From Clostridia bacterium (GTDB lineage Bacteria; Bacillota; Clostridia; RGIG6154), in assembly GCA_045589295.1 (NCBI GenBank), contig JAZNOU010000002.1, positions 96,140 through 160,139 on the forward strand: a stretch of DNA of 64,000 bases. The letters run 5' to 3'. This document shows, one piece after another, positions 62,289 to 64,000 of the stretch; position 1 is the stretch's first letter; each line of letters starts with the position of its first letter. The translations under genes were made by a program, and so were the position numbers. The notes beneath the pieces were generated by a model. The model had not been told where the DNA came from. It worked only from the letters and a program-made list of their open reading frames with translations, and did no database searches.

Positions 62289-63692
62289 ATGAAAAAATTT
62301 AAAATGCCAACGGCGTATTCTATATTGTTTACTATTATTATAATTATGGCAATACTGACATGGATAATTCCTGCAGGACAGTACGAATATACACCAAATG
62401 GTGAGCCGATAGCAGGAACGTATTCAGAAACTCAGCCAAACGGACAAACAGTAGGGGATGTTTTGCTTTCACCATTCCAAGGGTTTTATGATGCTGTTGA
62501 TATTGCTATTTTTATTTTAATGGTAGGCGGATTTTTAGGGGTAATGATGAAAACTGGTGCAATCAGTGCAGGAATTTCAGGAATAATTTCTTCACTTGGA
62601 GGAAGAGAAAAATTTTTAATCCCTATTTTAATGACAGTTTTTGCATTAGGTGGAACAACTTTTGGTATGGCTGAAGAAACAATAGCATTTTATCCGCTTA
62701 TTCTTCCTATATTTATAGCTGCAGGATATGATACCATAACGGCAGTTTCAGTTATTTTGTTAGGTGCGGGGGTTGGCGTTTTAGGTTCAACAGTTAACCC
62801 TTTTGCAACAGGAATAGCATCGGGCTTTGCGGGGGTATCTTTAGGTGATGGGCTTGTATTAAGGCTTGTTATTCTGATATCAACACTTTTGCTTGCTATT
62901 ATATATGTTATGAGTTATGCGGCAAAAGTAAAACGTGAACCCAAACTTTCTTATGTGTATGATATGCGCGAAGACAATATAAAACATTTTTCATTGTCAG
63001 ACGGCGAAAATGAAAACGGTGGTCTCTCGGGGAAACAAAAAATAGCACTTATCCTATTTGCTTTGGTTTTCCTTGTAATGATTTATAGTGTAATTCCATT
63101 TGAAGATATGGGAATAACATTTATTCCTACGCTTGGCTGGTGGTTTGGTGAACTTTCTGCACTGTTCTTGGTTGGCGCAATAGCTATAGGTGTTATCTAC
63201 AGGCTTAACGAAGAAGAAATAGTAACTAGCTTTGTTAAAGGTTGTGAGGAACTTTTAGGCGTAGCGTTTATAATAGGTATTTCGAGAGGAATAACTGTTA
63301 TTATGAATTCAGGACTTATAACAGATACAATTCTGTATTGGGGTGAGACGGCATTAAGCGGCACACACAGCGTAGTCTTTACTTTGTTAAACTATCTGAT
63401 TTTTATTCCGTTATCCTTCTTAATACCATCCACATCAGGCCTGGCAACACTTTCGATGCCTATTATGGCACCACTTGCGGATTTTTCTGGAGTGGGCAGA
63501 AGTCTTGTAATAACAGCATTCCAATGTGCAGCTGGAATTTTGAATTTGTTTACACCAACAAGCGCAGTGGTTATGGGTGCACTTGCAATAGGTCGTATAC
63601 CTTATGAGAAATGGCTTAAATTTTCACTAAAATTTGTTTTGATAGTTTTTGTAGTATGTGCAGCGCTGTTGGCGATTGCTTCTTTTATATAA
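62289..63692 (+). CDS. YfcC family arginine/ornithine antiporter (ArcD role)
   Basis: MPTAY, TWIIPAG, GMAEE, TVNPF, IPSTSG, LFTPTS; arc operon context. Confidence 0.88.
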   Translation: MKKFKMPTAYSILFTIIIIMAILTWIIPAGQYEYTPNGEPIAGTYSETQPNGQTVGDVLLSPFQGFYDAVDIAIFILMVGGFLGVMMKTGAISAGISGIISSLGGREKFLIPILMTVFALGGTTFGMAEETIAFYPLILPIFIAAGYDTITAVSVILLGAGVGVLGSTVNPFATGIASGFAGVSLGDGLVLRLVILISTLLLAIIYVMSYAAKVKREPKLSYVYDMREDNIKHFSLSDGENENGGLSGKQKIALILFALVFLVMIYSVIPFEDMGITFIPTLGWWFGELSALFLVGAIAIGVIYRLNEEEIVTSFVKGCEELLGVAFIIGISRGITVIMNSGLITDTILYWGETALSGTHSVVFTLLNYLIFIPLSFLIPSTSGLATLSMPIMAPLADFSGVGRSLVITAFQCAAGILNLFTPTSAVVMGALAIGRIPYEKWLKFSLKFVLIVFVVCAALLAIASFI

Positions 63693-63701
63693 AAACACGT
63701 G

Positions 63702-63744
63702 TGATTTTCCGCCGGATTTATAAAAATAAGCCGGCGGAAAATCA
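63702..63744. terminator. arc operon terminator
   Basis: TGATTTTCCGCCGG...CCGGCGGAAAATCA. Confidence 0.8.
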
Positions 63745-63777
63745 TATAAAAAAAGTGTAAATTTTAATAAAAAAGTG

Positions 63778-63940
63778 TTGACAAGATAAAAAAATTGTGG
63801 TAACATATACAAGCTGACCAATTTAAGATATAAAAAATAAAACATTTTCAAAAAAATCAAAAAAAAGTGTTGACAAAAGTTTTAAGTTGTGTTATCATAG
63901 TTAAGTCGCGTGTGAGCGACGGAATTGGACATTGAAAATT
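63778..63940 (+). promoter_or_regulatory. Tandem rRNA-operon-type promoters P1/P2 and boxA-like leader
   Basis: TTGACA-N17-TAACAT (63778-63806), TTGACA-N17-TATCAT (63870-63898), A-tract UP elements, GGACATTGAAAA; 16S itself not in window. Confidence 0.8.
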
Positions 63941-64000
63941 ATATAGCAACCAGCAAAGGTTCTCGTAAAATTTTACAAAGCAGTAAAATCAATTAATTTG

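Noticed and set aside
63900-64000. 16S rRNA gene
   Set aside because: Only promoter and leader sequence is visible; mature rRNA would begin beyond the window.

Overview
64-kb, AT-rich window of core chromosome from a spore-forming Clostridia-type Firmicute. It opens with the 3' half of a GRM5-like (fucose/rhamnose/propanediol-type) bacterial microcompartment locus. Housekeeping blocks follow: pyk, rodA, gltX-glnS-metG, ddl-murI, argS-metY-cysK, ruvCAB, CIRCE-groESL, rpsB-tsf, feoAB with a DtxR-family regulator, rpmB, comEC, a walR-like gene and fba. There are sporulation/germination genes (split SleC-like cortex hydrolase, spoIIID, yhfW-like, spoIIE), two tRNAs (Thr-CGT, fMet) and an arginine deiminase operon, and the window ends in tandem rRNA-type promoters. 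I saw no CRISPR array, prophage or transposase. The most interesting signals are: (i) a SleC-like hydrolase whose N-terminal pre/pro-like domain is a separate gene; (ii) a recurring hairpin that buries the ribosome-binding site (RBS) of sporulation-type genes, overlapped by a sporulation-sigma promoter in two of three cases; (iii) a 162-bp hairpin-rich element flanked by a 19-bp direct repeat in a permease promoter; (iv) a candidate forespore sRNA and a SigG-like promoter before arcA; (v) shell-stoichiometry devices in the BMC operon. All family calls are from motif recognition by eye, without database searches.
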